NCBI GenBank assembly: GCA_036504335.1
Contig: DASXVJ010000033.1
Coordinates: 97,921 to 161,920 of the forward strand
Direction: 5' to 3'
Source: Thermoanaerobaculia bacterium
GTDB lineage: Bacteria > Acidobacteriota > Thermoanaerobaculia > UBA5066
Length of the DNA stretch: 64,000 nucleotides
Position 1 is the stretch's first letter. Each line of letters starts with the position of its first letter. The notes under the pieces were generated by a model. The model saw nothing but the letters and a program-made list of their open reading frames with translations. It made no database searches and was not told where the DNA came from. The translations under genes were made by a program, and so were the position numbers. Positions 28,801 to 36,932 of the stretch are shown here, piece after piece.

Positions 28801-30144
28801 GTGACTCAGGGAGTTCGACGAAGAGCATGGATACCTGAAGTCCTCATCGCCGGCTTGACCGCACTATCGCTGCCGCTCTTCGTCCGGCGACTTCTCGGCG
28901 CGTTCGGAGAATTTCCCTGGGATTTTTCAATCTTCTGGACGGCGGCACGGGGGATGACTCAGGGCCTTTCCGTCTACGGCCATGAGGATCTTCGCGCGAC
29001 TGGGGTTTCGCTCATCGGGCCGCAAATGGAAGCGACCTTTCGGACCACGTTCAACAGCTTCATTGAGCTGCCGACGACTGCGTTCATCTTCTACCCCTTC
29101 GCACGGCTTCCCTTTGCCGAGGCTCGCGCGGCCTTCGCGGTTGTGGCAGTCGTCGCGTTTCTGTCGTCCGTAATCATCGCCTCGCGTGCACTTCCCGCCG
29201 ATGACCGACGACTCGGCCTGCTCCTCGGGGCTCTGTTTCTGACTAGCAGTTTCGCTGTGCCGGCCTCGATTGGCGTGGGGCAGGTCGATGCTCTCGTGGC
29301 CTTGGCCCTTGCGGGAAGCGTCTGGTCGTTGAGACGGTTCCGCGAAGGATCTGCCGGCGCCTTTGCAGCGCTGGCCGGACTCCTCAAGGTCAGTCCCGGC
29401 CTGGTGATCCTCCAGGCCCTCATGCGCCGGAAGTGGAGGCTTGCGGGCGCTGGGATTCTGACGGCAGCCGGTCTGCTCCTCGCTGCGATGATCTCAATGC
29501 GACCCGGCGAGATCAGTGCCTTTGTTCGCGACGTTGTTCCGGCATTGTCCGTCGCACCGGCCGGGATGGAGAATCAGTCACTGACCGCGTGGGCCGCGCG
29601 CATTCTCGGCCCGCCCTCGAGCCTGGTGGATCTCGGCGGCTCACTCGGGCCATTTGCGGCTCTCGCCCCGGTTATCGCGCTCGTCTTACTCGCCGCGATA
29701 GTCAGATTGACCCTCCGGCGCCCGGTCACCCCACTCGAAGTCTCCCTTGTCGCAATCGCCGGTCTTCTCGCCGGACCTGTAACCTGGACGCACTACGCGT
29801 CGTTCGGGGTCGTCTTTGCGGTCATGCTCGGAGACCGAGGAAGGTGGCGGGCTCTTAGCCGTGGCAAGCGCCGCATGGGGTTGGTTTTTTCTGCCTGCGG
29901 CTATGCGTTTCTATGCCTTCCCGTCTACCTCCTTCCCCACCGACTCGATCCTGCGCGCATCTTCTCGGAAGAATCTGTCAGGGCACATCCCGTGCTCCGG
30001 CTCGCGAGCGGCATTCACGCGTTCGCCTTCCTGGCGTTCTTCGTGGCAGGCCTGATTCTGCTCTCGGGGAACGTCGACGACGAGCCCCTCGAGAGAGTAA
30101 GGAGAGCAGAGACAGACGCCGATTGCGATGCGATGAAGTCCTAA
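28801..30144 (+). CDS. polytopic membrane protein, GT87/DUF2029-like glycosyltransferase (putative)
   Basis: About 447 aa from GTG 28801 with more than 8 TM helices. The N-terminal FPWDFSIFWTAARGMTQGLSVYG resembles the DUF2029 signature. Confidence 0.5.
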   Translation: MTQGVRRRAWIPEVLIAGLTALSLPLFVRRLLGAFGEFPWDFSIFWTAARGMTQGLSVYGHEDLRATGVSLIGPQMEATFRTTFNSFIELPTTAFIFYPFARLPFAEARAAFAVVAVVAFLSSVIIASRALPADDRRLGLLLGALFLTSSFAVPASIGVGQVDALVALALAGSVWSLRRFREGSAGAFAALAGLLKVSPGLVILQALMRRKWRLAGAGILTAAGLLLAAMISMRPGEISAFVRDVVPALSVAPAGMENQSLTAWAARILGPPSSLVDLGGSLGPFAALAPVIALVLLAAIVRLTLRRPVTPLEVSLVAIAGLLAGPVTWTHYASFGVVFAVMLGDRGRWRALSRGKRRMGLVFSACGYAFLCLPVYLLPHRLDPARIFSEESVRAHPVLRLASGIHAFAFLAFFVAGLILLSGNVDDEPLERVRRAETDADCDAMKS

Positions 30145-30146
30145 AT

Positions 30147-30188
30147 GGGCCCTCCCTGGCTCTTGGCTCAGAGAGGGCCCTTCTTATT
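30147..30188 (+). terminator. intrinsic terminator-like hairpin
   Basis: GGGCCCTC (30147-54) pairs with GAGGGCCC (30173-80) and is followed by TTCTTATT. It lies directly after the stop of the GT87-like gene. Confidence 0.5.
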
Positions 30189-30235
30189 ACGAATTTCTCC
30201 TTCAACCCCGAAAGGTCGCGCTTGGCCTCCGCCAT

Positions 30236-31087
30236 TCACGGGCAGGTTGGACAGGGATCCGCCGAGTCGCCGTTGACCACATAGAGTGTCGTCGTCTCCC
30301 ATGGTTGAAATGGCGTGGGGCGCCATGCGATGAAGCCCAGTCCGCGCACCACGCCAGTCTGCGGGTCCGTCCACCGCCCGAAGATATATTCTTCGCCGGG
30401 CGTGCAGCATGTCGGCTCAGTGTGCCAGAGTATGTCAATGGGGTATTCCGTGCTGCAGTTGCCCCCAGGCCGACAATCGCGAACCCTGAACGGATTCATA
30501 CCGTCGCCTGCCAGATAGAGTGTGTCGATGACTCTCGGGTACCCACTCGGGCCACTCCATTGGCCCTGCCCGCTCGGGCAAGCGTTGTACGAGACCTCGT
30601 ATGTGGTCGGGACATCGTACCAGCCGCTCCATGTCGTAACCCACAGGGGAATCCGCGGTGAGCCGAAAGAAAGTGTATTCGCGTTGTAGAACTGGCGAGT
30701 GAATGTCACGGTATTACTTGACACGCTCTTCTCGTCGAGCGCATCAATGTAGCCGTAGTACCCCGTGCCCACCCTGTGCGTCTCGACGCCCCATGGGCCC
30801 GCTGGGCCACCGCCTTTCAGCCACACAATTGTCGGCACCGAGCAGTTGGACCAGAAGATGCCGGCGTAGGAGCCCGGGTTATTCGGGTCGGTAGCTGTCA
30901 TCGTGCGCCCGGCGTTGCATTTGCCGTGCGATACGCACGCGGGCGTGTCGTTCACTACGAGATCCGGCGAATACGCCACTGCTGGGGGCGGCGGTAACTG
31001 CGCCGCGGAATCATTCGCCACGAACAGCAATGCGCCACACAGCGCAACCCGAAAGAGCAGACGGCGAAGCAATGGGTCTTTGCACAT
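30236..31087 (-). CDS. secreted Cys/Trp/Tyr-rich hypothetical protein
   Basis: ATG 31087 has a GGAGG 6 nt upstream. The product begins MCKDPLLRRLLFRVALCGALLFVANDSAAQ (signal-like), has about 14 Cys, and ends DPCPTCP. No family recognised. Confidence 0.5.
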   Translation of the reverse strand: MCKDPLLRRLLFRVALCGALLFVANDSAAQLPPPPAVAYSPDLVVNDTPACVSHGKCNAGRTMTATDPNNPGSYAGIFWSNCSVPTIVWLKGGGPAGPWGVETHRVGTGYYGYIDALDEKSVSSNTVTFTRQFYNANTLSFGSPRIPLWVTTWSGWYDVPTTYEVSYNACPSGQGQWSGPSGYPRVIDTLYLAGDGMNPFRVRDCRPGGNCSTEYPIDILWHTEPTCCTPGEEYIFGRWTDPQTGVVRGLGFIAWRPTPFQPWETTTLYVVNGDSADPCPTCP

Positions 31088-31435
31088 ACGGTACCTCCAC
31101 TGTTGTGTGCCTCCAGGTGTCAAGAGGCCGTTGCCATTCGCACAATCCAGTCACGTTCGACTGCTCGTGCCCCGGGGTTCCGTGTCGAGGTACCTCGTCT
31201 ACGATTCAACGTATGGCACGCCACGACCGAGTCAATGACCCATTTCGGACGGCGGCCGCTTCGCCGGTCAGATGACGCCTTTGCGGCCAGGACCATTGCT
31301 AATCTTTGAGGCCGCTTGCTAGCGCGATGTCGCCAGCGCGTAGCTTTCGCGCTATGCGGGCGCAGGGCTATGGCTTACCTTGTGGGGCGACCTTCTTGCT
31401 CGAGCGTAGAGATTTTGCTCTATTGGGCGTTGCCG

Positions 31436-31453
31436 CCACGAGCTAGCTCGTGG
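31436..31453. repeat. perfect 18-bp palindrome CCACGAGCTAGCTCGTGG
   Basis: It spans the stop codon of the HTH gene (31443-45). It could be a terminator stem or an operator. Confidence 0.6.
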
Positions 31454-31994
31454 ACATTCCCGCTGCCGTCAACAACCTCTGCTCCTGCAAGATTCTTCGC
31501 TTGAGAACAGATGGCGACAGGCACAGTTCCCTGCGGGTAAACCGAGAGAGCGATGACGCTCGGGCGTAGCCAAGTGCCTTCGCGACCGCAGACACGCTCC
31601 AGTTGTTTCGGAAGAGACCCGTCATCTGCTTACACCGTGTTTCGCGGGCAAGACCCCGAACGGTCAGGCCCCTGCGCACGAGTGCTCGTCGAAGTGTTCG
31701 TTCGGACACGCCGAGCGTGGCCGCGCCCCGATGAGCACCGGCTGTCGTAAGGAGATCGAGGAACTCTTCGTCTTCGAAGGCCCATGCGATGTCTTCACCC
31801 GGTTGTGAAGGCGCCTGGACTGATGCAGATGGTGCGGACCTCGATGGGCGCTTTATGCCGAGCCGAGGGTCGTTAGGACACAGGCCGCCGGAGCGCCAGT
31901 GCGAGATGGGGTGTCGGTGCGACATAGGTGACGGGACTAAGTAGAAAAATGCCAGTACGGCAAAGAGACTTTTCCGGACGCAGCTACCAACCAA
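31443..31994 (-). CDS. HTH transcription regulator (AraC-type C-terminal helix-turn-helix)
   Basis: Contains ...GAATLGVSERTLRRALVRRGL... and ...WSVSAVAKALGYARASSLSRFTRRELCLSPSVLKRR. The start is uncertain (TTG 31994 or ATG 31925). Confidence 0.5.
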   Translation of the reverse strand: MVGSCVRKSLFAVLAFFYLVPSPMSHRHPISHWRSGGLCPNDPRLGIKRPSRSAPSASVQAPSQPGEDIAWAFEDEEFLDLLTTAGAHRGAATLGVSERTLRRALVRRGLTVRGLARETRCKQMTGLFRNNWSVSAVAKALGYARASSLSRFTRRELCLSPSVLKRRILQEQRLLTAAGMSTS

Positions 31995-32339
31995 CCGCCG
32001 AGGAGACCAAGTGTTCTAGGAACCATGTTCGACAGAGGCAATATGGGGGCTAGGAGTCCTGCAGCCACCCGTTTACCTGTACTAACCCAAACGGGGTAAC
32101 CTGCCCCGCTTCCATTCCGGTACGCCGATGCTGCCGAGGCCAGTGAGCCACCCGCACTACCAGTCGGGGGCGAGAGGAGTCTCTTGGGTCGCGAAAGTGA
32201 CCAGCACGGCCCCGAAGGAATGGCACGGGACCTGACTATGCGAGGACGGCTGGTCCGGGCTCAACAGCGGCATCTTGGTCCGCGAAGGTGTGCTGAAAGG
32301 ACAGGCCGTTTGAGCTAGCCCTAGGAGGTGGAGGGCTTC

Positions 32340-32903
32340 ATGTGGGCGGCAAACCGTCTCTCACTGACCGCGACTATTGCTCCGATCCGAGCCGCAGACG
32401 TGCCAGCAAACCTGGCGCAGGAGCGGATTCGAGTCTTCACGGCCTCATTTCTGAGGGATCCGCGGCCAGGTCTTCTCTTTGAATCCGACCGCCTTGTTAT
32501 GGCCAACGATGCCGCGATAGCCCTTCTCGGCATGTCTGTGGCGACGGATCGACTCTTCTACGAGCTTGAGAGGACGTTACGGTCGGGAAAGAACGAACCT
32601 GATCTCGTTTTTCAGACGCGCACTGGCAGTTTCCTGACTGAAATCCACCCTACGTGCACTCGGGCGCACGACATGACACGCATCTGCTTTCTCGTTAGGC
32701 AGCCCATCAGTTCGCCGGCCCTCGCATCGCTCTCCGAGCGTGAGCGGAGCGTGGTGGGATCGCTGCTCAACGGCCTTTCCACTACACAGATCGCCGGCCG
32801 GCTGAGGATCTCACCGAGCACCGTCCGTAAGCACATCTCCCACGCACTACAGAAGACCAGAACTCATACGCGAGCAGCCTTGGTGGCACACGTCCTTGCT
32901 TAG
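32340..32903 (+). CDS. LuxR/GerE-family regulator with PAS-like N-terminal region
   Basis: ATG 32340 has an AGGAGG 11 nt upstream. The C-terminus LSERERSVVGSLLNGLSTTQIAGRLRISPSTVRKHISHALQK is a LuxR-type HTH. Confidence 0.72.
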   Translation: MWAANRLSLTATIAPIRAADVPANLAQERIRVFTASFLRDPRPGLLFESDRLVMANDAAIALLGMSVATDRLFYELERTLRSGKNEPDLVFQTRTGSFLTEIHPTCTRAHDMTRICFLVRQPISSPALASLSERERSVVGSLLNGLSTTQIAGRLRISPSTVRKHISHALQKTRTHTRAALVAHVLA

Positions 32904-33062
32904 ACGGGGTGGACCGGTGGAATTCGTCGAAGCGGGGTTGGGCGCCGCTCGGTCCATCGTAGAAGGCAAGCTGGCTTGATCTGCCTAAGTTCCTCTCGGG
33001 ACTGGTTTTGTTGGGTCCGCCGCCGCGACTCGGCCTTCCTGGCTGCCGCCGTGTTCACACCC

Positions 33063-33301
33063 TCATCGCGCAGCCGCGGCCGCTTTCGGGTTCGTGCCGA
33101 CGTACGGGAACGGCAGGTGGTCCTCGAGGACCGTCACCGGAAACGCCTTCCGCGCCTCGGCGATCGCGTCCTCGACGGCCTTCGCGCTGAGCTCCTCGGC
33201 GAGCGAGATGAGGAGGCCGGGCCTTTGCGGCGGCAGCGCCGAGCGATCTGAAAAAGGCCGGAATGTCGTTACGGGGCCGGAGTCTAGCGAAATCCGGGCC
33301 G
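33063..33301 (-). pseudogene. chimeric remnant: leader plus first ~17 codons of the SurA-barrel gene fused in frame to the last ~50 codons of the PpiC lipoprotein gene
   Basis: The minus strand reads GTA(not GTG)-ACG-ACA-TTC-CGG-CCT-TTT-TCA... = (V)TTFRPFSDRSALPPQ, then RPGLLISLAEELSAKAVEDAIAEARKAFPVTVLEDHLPFPYVGTNPKAAAAAR*. The start codon is mutated relative to 28666. Confidence 0.6.
33073..33209. repeat. 137-bp direct repeat copy A (136/137 identical to 36088-36224)
   Basis: Direct alignment by eye shows a single G/C mismatch. The sequence corresponds to the 3-prime end of the PpiC lipoprotein gene. Confidence 0.9.
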
Positions 33302-33352
33302 GAGCACTCGACCCAGGTCGCCCACTCCCTGCCCCCGGATTCCGGGGCGGGA

Positions 33353-35599
33353 CTACCGAGGGCGAGGCTTCTCGATCACGACATCGGTCGGCGTACCCTC
33401 GCGGAGCTCGACTCGAGAAGGGGCGATCGGAACCGTCTCCCGAGAAAGCACGTCGAAGCCGGCGATCCAGTACGCGTCGTTGTCGAGGCACCGGTCGAAA
33501 GACTCGGTACCGACGGTGGGGGGCATCACGAGCGAGCATCCGCCGAATCGTGTCATCAGCAGAGAGAGAACGTTGTGCGGCACGAATTGTCCGTGCGTGG
33601 CGACTTGAATTCCCAGGCCCATGCCGAAGTCGGAATCGGGGACACGGAACCTCACCGCCGCTTCCCGCCGGCGGGGGGACAGACGGACGACACCCTCCAT
33701 GGCGTCGGAGGGCAATTCGAAGAAGGTCACGCGATAGCCGGGAGCCGTGGCCGCGAAGAGAGCGGGCGCAGTGCCGTCAACGGCGCGGACGACGCGGGCC
33801 TTGCCATCGGCGGCGGCGGGCCAGGCCGCGGGGAACGGATCTCCTTGGCTGCTCAACGGCCCGAATACGACGCCCCCCCCAACGGTCCCTTCGAGCGAGA
33901 CGGAAACCTCAGCCGCGCGATGAACATTCACGGTAAATTCGGCTTTCGGATGCTCTGGAGTCAGCTTCGACGTCTTTCCAAGATCGCCAGGCTCCGGTTG
34001 CCACTCTCTGGTGCCCGCGCCCGTGAGCTTGATCTCGCCGAGATCGAGGTTCTCGAACAGCGCAATGCCCTCGGAGTCCGTCGACATTTCAGCACGCGAC
34101 GAATCGCTCGCCTGGGCCACCACCAGGTACACCGTGACGCCCTCCACCGTCTTGCCATTCAGCTTGTCGCGGACGACGACTCGAACGACCCCCGGCGACA
34201 ACTTCATGCGGAGGTGTTCCCAGTCAAGGCTCTCGTCGAGGGGACGGAAGGAGTGACCACCTCCCGGCGTCGATACCGTGAGCACCAGGGCACCGCCCCC
34301 GTGAAGAACTTCCGCAGCGAAGCTACCCGAGTCGTCCGACGAAGCGGATGCGAGCGCGTTCGCCGGGTCCGTAAGATAGTGAATCCGCACTTCGGCGCCC
34401 ACGATCGGATGGTCACGACTATCGGCGACTTGCCCGGCTATGCGCCGCATTCCAATCGAGAACGACATCTCACCGTCGCCATCTTCCAAGAGCAAAGCTG
34501 ATCTTTCGCCGAGCACTCGCGCCAAGGAACGCAGGCTCATGAGCCACCTGCCAGGGTAGAGCTCCAGCATCTCCACCAGCCGCTCCGCGCTCACCTTGAT
34601 TCTTGCGCTCCTCGCAAGCGGCCCAGGCATCGGAAGACCTTTGGCCGGCTCGAGCAATCTCCCTTCCAAGAGAAGCTCGCGGGCGTTCGCATTCTGAAAC
34701 GAGCCCGGGGCTACGTCCACCCGCAATCGGGCGAGCCTGGGGAGCGGAATCGCTCCGACGAAGTGAATCCCCGATACGTTATTCGTAGTCGACAGCGTCG
34801 CGAATCTACGGTGAGGAATACGGGCAAAGAACCACAGGGGGCGGCACGGGACCGGAGCAACCGTGACCACCCCGTCCTTCGCCTGGGTGAACCCGACGGA
34901 CCTATAGAAACCCCGCCAGCCGTCCAGCTGCGCGTCGACACGCGCCGCCCCTTCCGGGGGCGAGGACGGATCGACCAACTCGAGCTTCGGTACATCGTCG
35001 AGAGGAATGCCGGCCGAATCCGTGAGTTGCGCGGCCACGGCCCAGGGCCTCGTCTCGGAGGGCTTCTCCGCAGGATGTCCGAGGAATCCGGAAATGACGA
35101 CGCCAAGGGCGATGGTCGCGCATCGGCCCTTCGAGGCGAGTACGACGTCCCCGATGCCTTCGTCCGCCGCGAAGCCGCCGCCGTTTTCAAGAGGTACTTC
35201 AGGCGCGCGCCTGAACTCCCCGTCCGGCGCTCGCCGGATCCATACCGCTCCAGTCCCCGGGGCGAAGGGGTTCAGCCGGAGATTGGGATTCAGCGAGCAC
35301 GAATACTCGTGTTCGTCGTTCTGTAGCGCGTGATGGCACGGACGGTAGTACGGCGACGTCACCTGAAGCTGTGTGGCCCCCGCCACGAGTGCGACGGCGA
35401 AACGATGCGTGCCCGGGTCGATCAGTCCTTCCCGGAGAACCTCTCCAGCGCTGTTCGTTTGCCGAGTCTTTAGGTCAGACCAAATAACCGGCTGCGCGCT
35501 ACTGATGTCAACAACCACTTCTGCCGGCGATGCGAACGCTGCATGTGCGCGAACCAAGCAGACGACCGCGAACAGCCCCGACGGGTTTCCTCGCATCAC
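33353..35599 (-). CDS. secreted protein with CarboxypepD_reg-like beta-sandwich repeats (hypothetical)
   Basis: 748 aa. Signal peptide ...AHAAFA/SP. Segments such as GQVADSRDHPIVGAEVRIHYL...SDDSGSFAAEV and VVRDKLNGKTVEGVTVYLV...TDSEGIALFENL match the carboxypeptidase-regulatory-like pattern. Confidence 0.6.
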   Translation of the reverse strand: MMRGNPSGLFAVVCLVRAHAAFASPAEVVVDISSAQPVIWSDLKTRQTNSAGEVLREGLIDPGTHRFAVALVAGATQLQVTSPYYRPCHHALQNDEHEYSCSLNPNLRLNPFAPGTGAVWIRRAPDGEFRRAPEVPLENGGGFAADEGIGDVVLASKGRCATIALGVVISGFLGHPAEKPSETRPWAVAAQLTDSAGIPLDDVPKLELVDPSSPPEGAARVDAQLDGWRGFYRSVGFTQAKDGVVTVAPVPCRPLWFFARIPHRRFATLSTTNNVSGIHFVGAIPLPRLARLRVDVAPGSFQNANARELLLEGRLLEPAKGLPMPGPLARSARIKVSAERLVEMLELYPGRWLMSLRSLARVLGERSALLLEDGDGEMSFSIGMRRIAGQVADSRDHPIVGAEVRIHYLTDPANALASASSDDSGSFAAEVLHGGGALVLTVSTPGGGHSFRPLDESLDWEHLRMKLSPGVVRVVVRDKLNGKTVEGVTVYLVVAQASDSSRAEMSTDSEGIALFENLDLGEIKLTGAGTREWQPEPGDLGKTSKLTPEHPKAEFTVNVHRAAEVSVSLEGTVGGGVVFGPLSSQGDPFPAAWPAAADGKARVVRAVDGTAPALFAATAPGYRVTFFELPSDAMEGVVRLSPRRREAAVRFRVPDSDFGMGLGIQVATHGQFVPHNVLSLLMTRFGGCSLVMPPTVGTESFDRCLDNDAYWIAGFDVLSRETVPIAPSRVELREGTPTDVVIEKPRPR

Positions 35600-35819
35600 G
35601 ACCGGAAGTTACTGTTAGCCCTGTTGGTCCCTGCAGCGGGGGTCGCACCCGACGGAACAGCTCTCGCCTGGCGGATTTCCCGGAAGGGTGTACGTACAGC
35701 CGAACTCCAAGTTGTAGCACGTCGTGTTTCCGTTTCCCGGATTATCCAGAGTCAGAATATCTTCGCCTCCCCTTCTTCATCAGTTGCCTGGCTGAAAATG
35801 TAGAGAGTCGAACTGACCG

Positions 35820-35845
35820 GCACCTGATTCAAGTGAATCAGGTGC
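35820..35845. repeat. perfect inverted repeat GCACCTGATTCA-AG-TGAATCAGGTGC
   Basis: 12-bp arms with a 2-nt spacer, in a ~480-bp low-GC intergenic region. Further TGAATC/GATTC copies lie at 35853-35865. Confidence 0.7.
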
Positions 35846-36080
35846 AATGAGGTTGAATCGGATTCGCTTGAACCGTCTATATCAGGGGGGTCCCTTTCGG
35901 CGCCTCATACCGTGCTGCCGCGATCGAAACGTGCAGGGCGCACAAGTTGTAGTTCGCCGACCCCCGGGCCCTCATTCGCAGCTCCCTGGGCCGACTGCAT
36001 TTCAGCATCGGAGCCCTCTAAGGCGCCTGACCTGAGCTGCACTTTCTTCGGGACACACGCCCCGCTAGGCAACGGCCCAC

Positions 36081-36932
36081 CTACCGGGCCGCGGCCGCTT
36101 TCGGGTTCGTGCCGACGTACGGGAACGGCAGGTGGTCCTCGAGGACCGTCACCGGAAACGCCTTCCGCGCCTCGGCGATCGCGTCCTCGACGGCCTTCGC
36201 GCTGAGCTCCTCCGCGAGCGAGATCCTGAGGCCGGGGCGGGCCTCCTCGAACGTGATGTCCCGGGCGTCGAGGCGCTCCTCCACGCGGAAAATGTGGAAG
36301 CCGTGCGGCGCCGCGAGGATGCCGGTCGTGCCGCCCGCGGGCAGCGCCCAGATCGCCTTCTCGAATTCCTGCGGCAGGTCGGACCGGCCGAGGAGACCGA
36401 GGGCGCCTCCGGAGGCCGCGTTCGGCGCTGCGCTCGAACCGCGCGAGACGTCCATCCACGCCGCGCCGTCCTTGAGGCGCCGGAGCGCCGCCTCGGCGGC
36501 CTCGCGTGTCGGAAAGAAGAGCTGCGAGACCCGCACCAGCGCGGGGCGGCGGTAGCGGTCCGGGTGTTCGCCGTAGTCCTTGCGGAGGTCCGCGTCGCCG
36601 AGCGTGTCGAGCCCGGCGCGGCGCGAGAGGTAGGCGCGGCGCCGCTCCGCCGGCGTCGCGCCCGTCACGGGCGGCCGCGCGGCCGCGACGGCGCGCTCGA
36701 GGAGGATCTCGTCGAGGTACTGGTCGAGGAGGCTCGAGAGGACGCGCGGCGAGACGTTCTTCGGATCCTCGCCGGCCGCGTTGCGGGCCGACGTGAAGAA
36801 TTCCTCGAGCGAGACGTGCCGGTCTCCGACCGTCGCGACGACGGACGGCCCGGGCGCTCCCGGCCGGCCGCTGCGCGAACAGCCCGCGGCGAGGACGAGC
36901 AGCGCGGCCGCGAGCGCCGCCGTCCGCCTCAC
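36081..36932 (-). CDS. PpiC/parvulin-type peptidyl-prolyl isomerase lipoprotein (SurA/PrsA-like)
   Basis: GTG 36932 overlaps the mfd stop (GTGA). The product begins VRRTAALAAALLVLAAGCS, a lipobox. It carries a parvulin-like ...GGALGLLGRSDLPQEFEKAIWALPAGGTTGILAAPHGFHIFRV. 283 aa. Confidence 0.75.
   Translation of the reverse strand: MRRTAALAAALLVLAAGCSRSGRPGAPGPSVVATVGDRHVSLEEFFTSARNAAGEDPKNVSPRVLSSLLDQYLDEILLERAVAAARPPVTGATPAERRRAYLSRRAGLDTLGDADLRKDYGEHPDRYRRPALVRVSQLFFPTREAAEAALRRLKDGAAWMDVSRGSSAAPNAASGGALGLLGRSDLPQEFEKAIWALPAGGTTGILAAPHGFHIFRVEERLDARDITFEEARPGLRISLAEELSAKAVEDAIAEARKAFPVTVLEDHLPFPYVGTNPKAAAAR
36088..36224. repeat. 137-bp direct repeat copy B (within the intact PpiC lipoprotein gene)
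   Basis: See 33073-33209. Confidence 0.9.

Larger units (their letters stand above)
28696..36087. other. lower-GC segment (putative horizontally acquired island, no mobility genes seen)
   Basis: Hand counts of individual 60-nt lines give about 45-55% GC (30661, 31981, 29041), against 65-75% in the flanks. The segment is bounded and bisected by the two direct-repeat pairs. Confidence 0.5.

Noticed and set aside
32240-32265. GAGGACGGCTGGTCCGGGCTCAACAGC resembles the RNase P RNA P4 core GAGGAAAGUCCGGGCUCC
   Set aside because: None of the other universally conserved RNase P elements is present around it, and the flanking sequence cannot be folded into the type A architecture. The similarity is limited to about 12 nt.
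28696-36087. Calling the lower-GC segment an integrative element or prophage
   Set aside because: No integrase, recombinase, transposase, phage structural gene or tRNA attachment site is visible. Only compositional and repeat evidence exists, so it is reported as a putative island rather than a mobile element.
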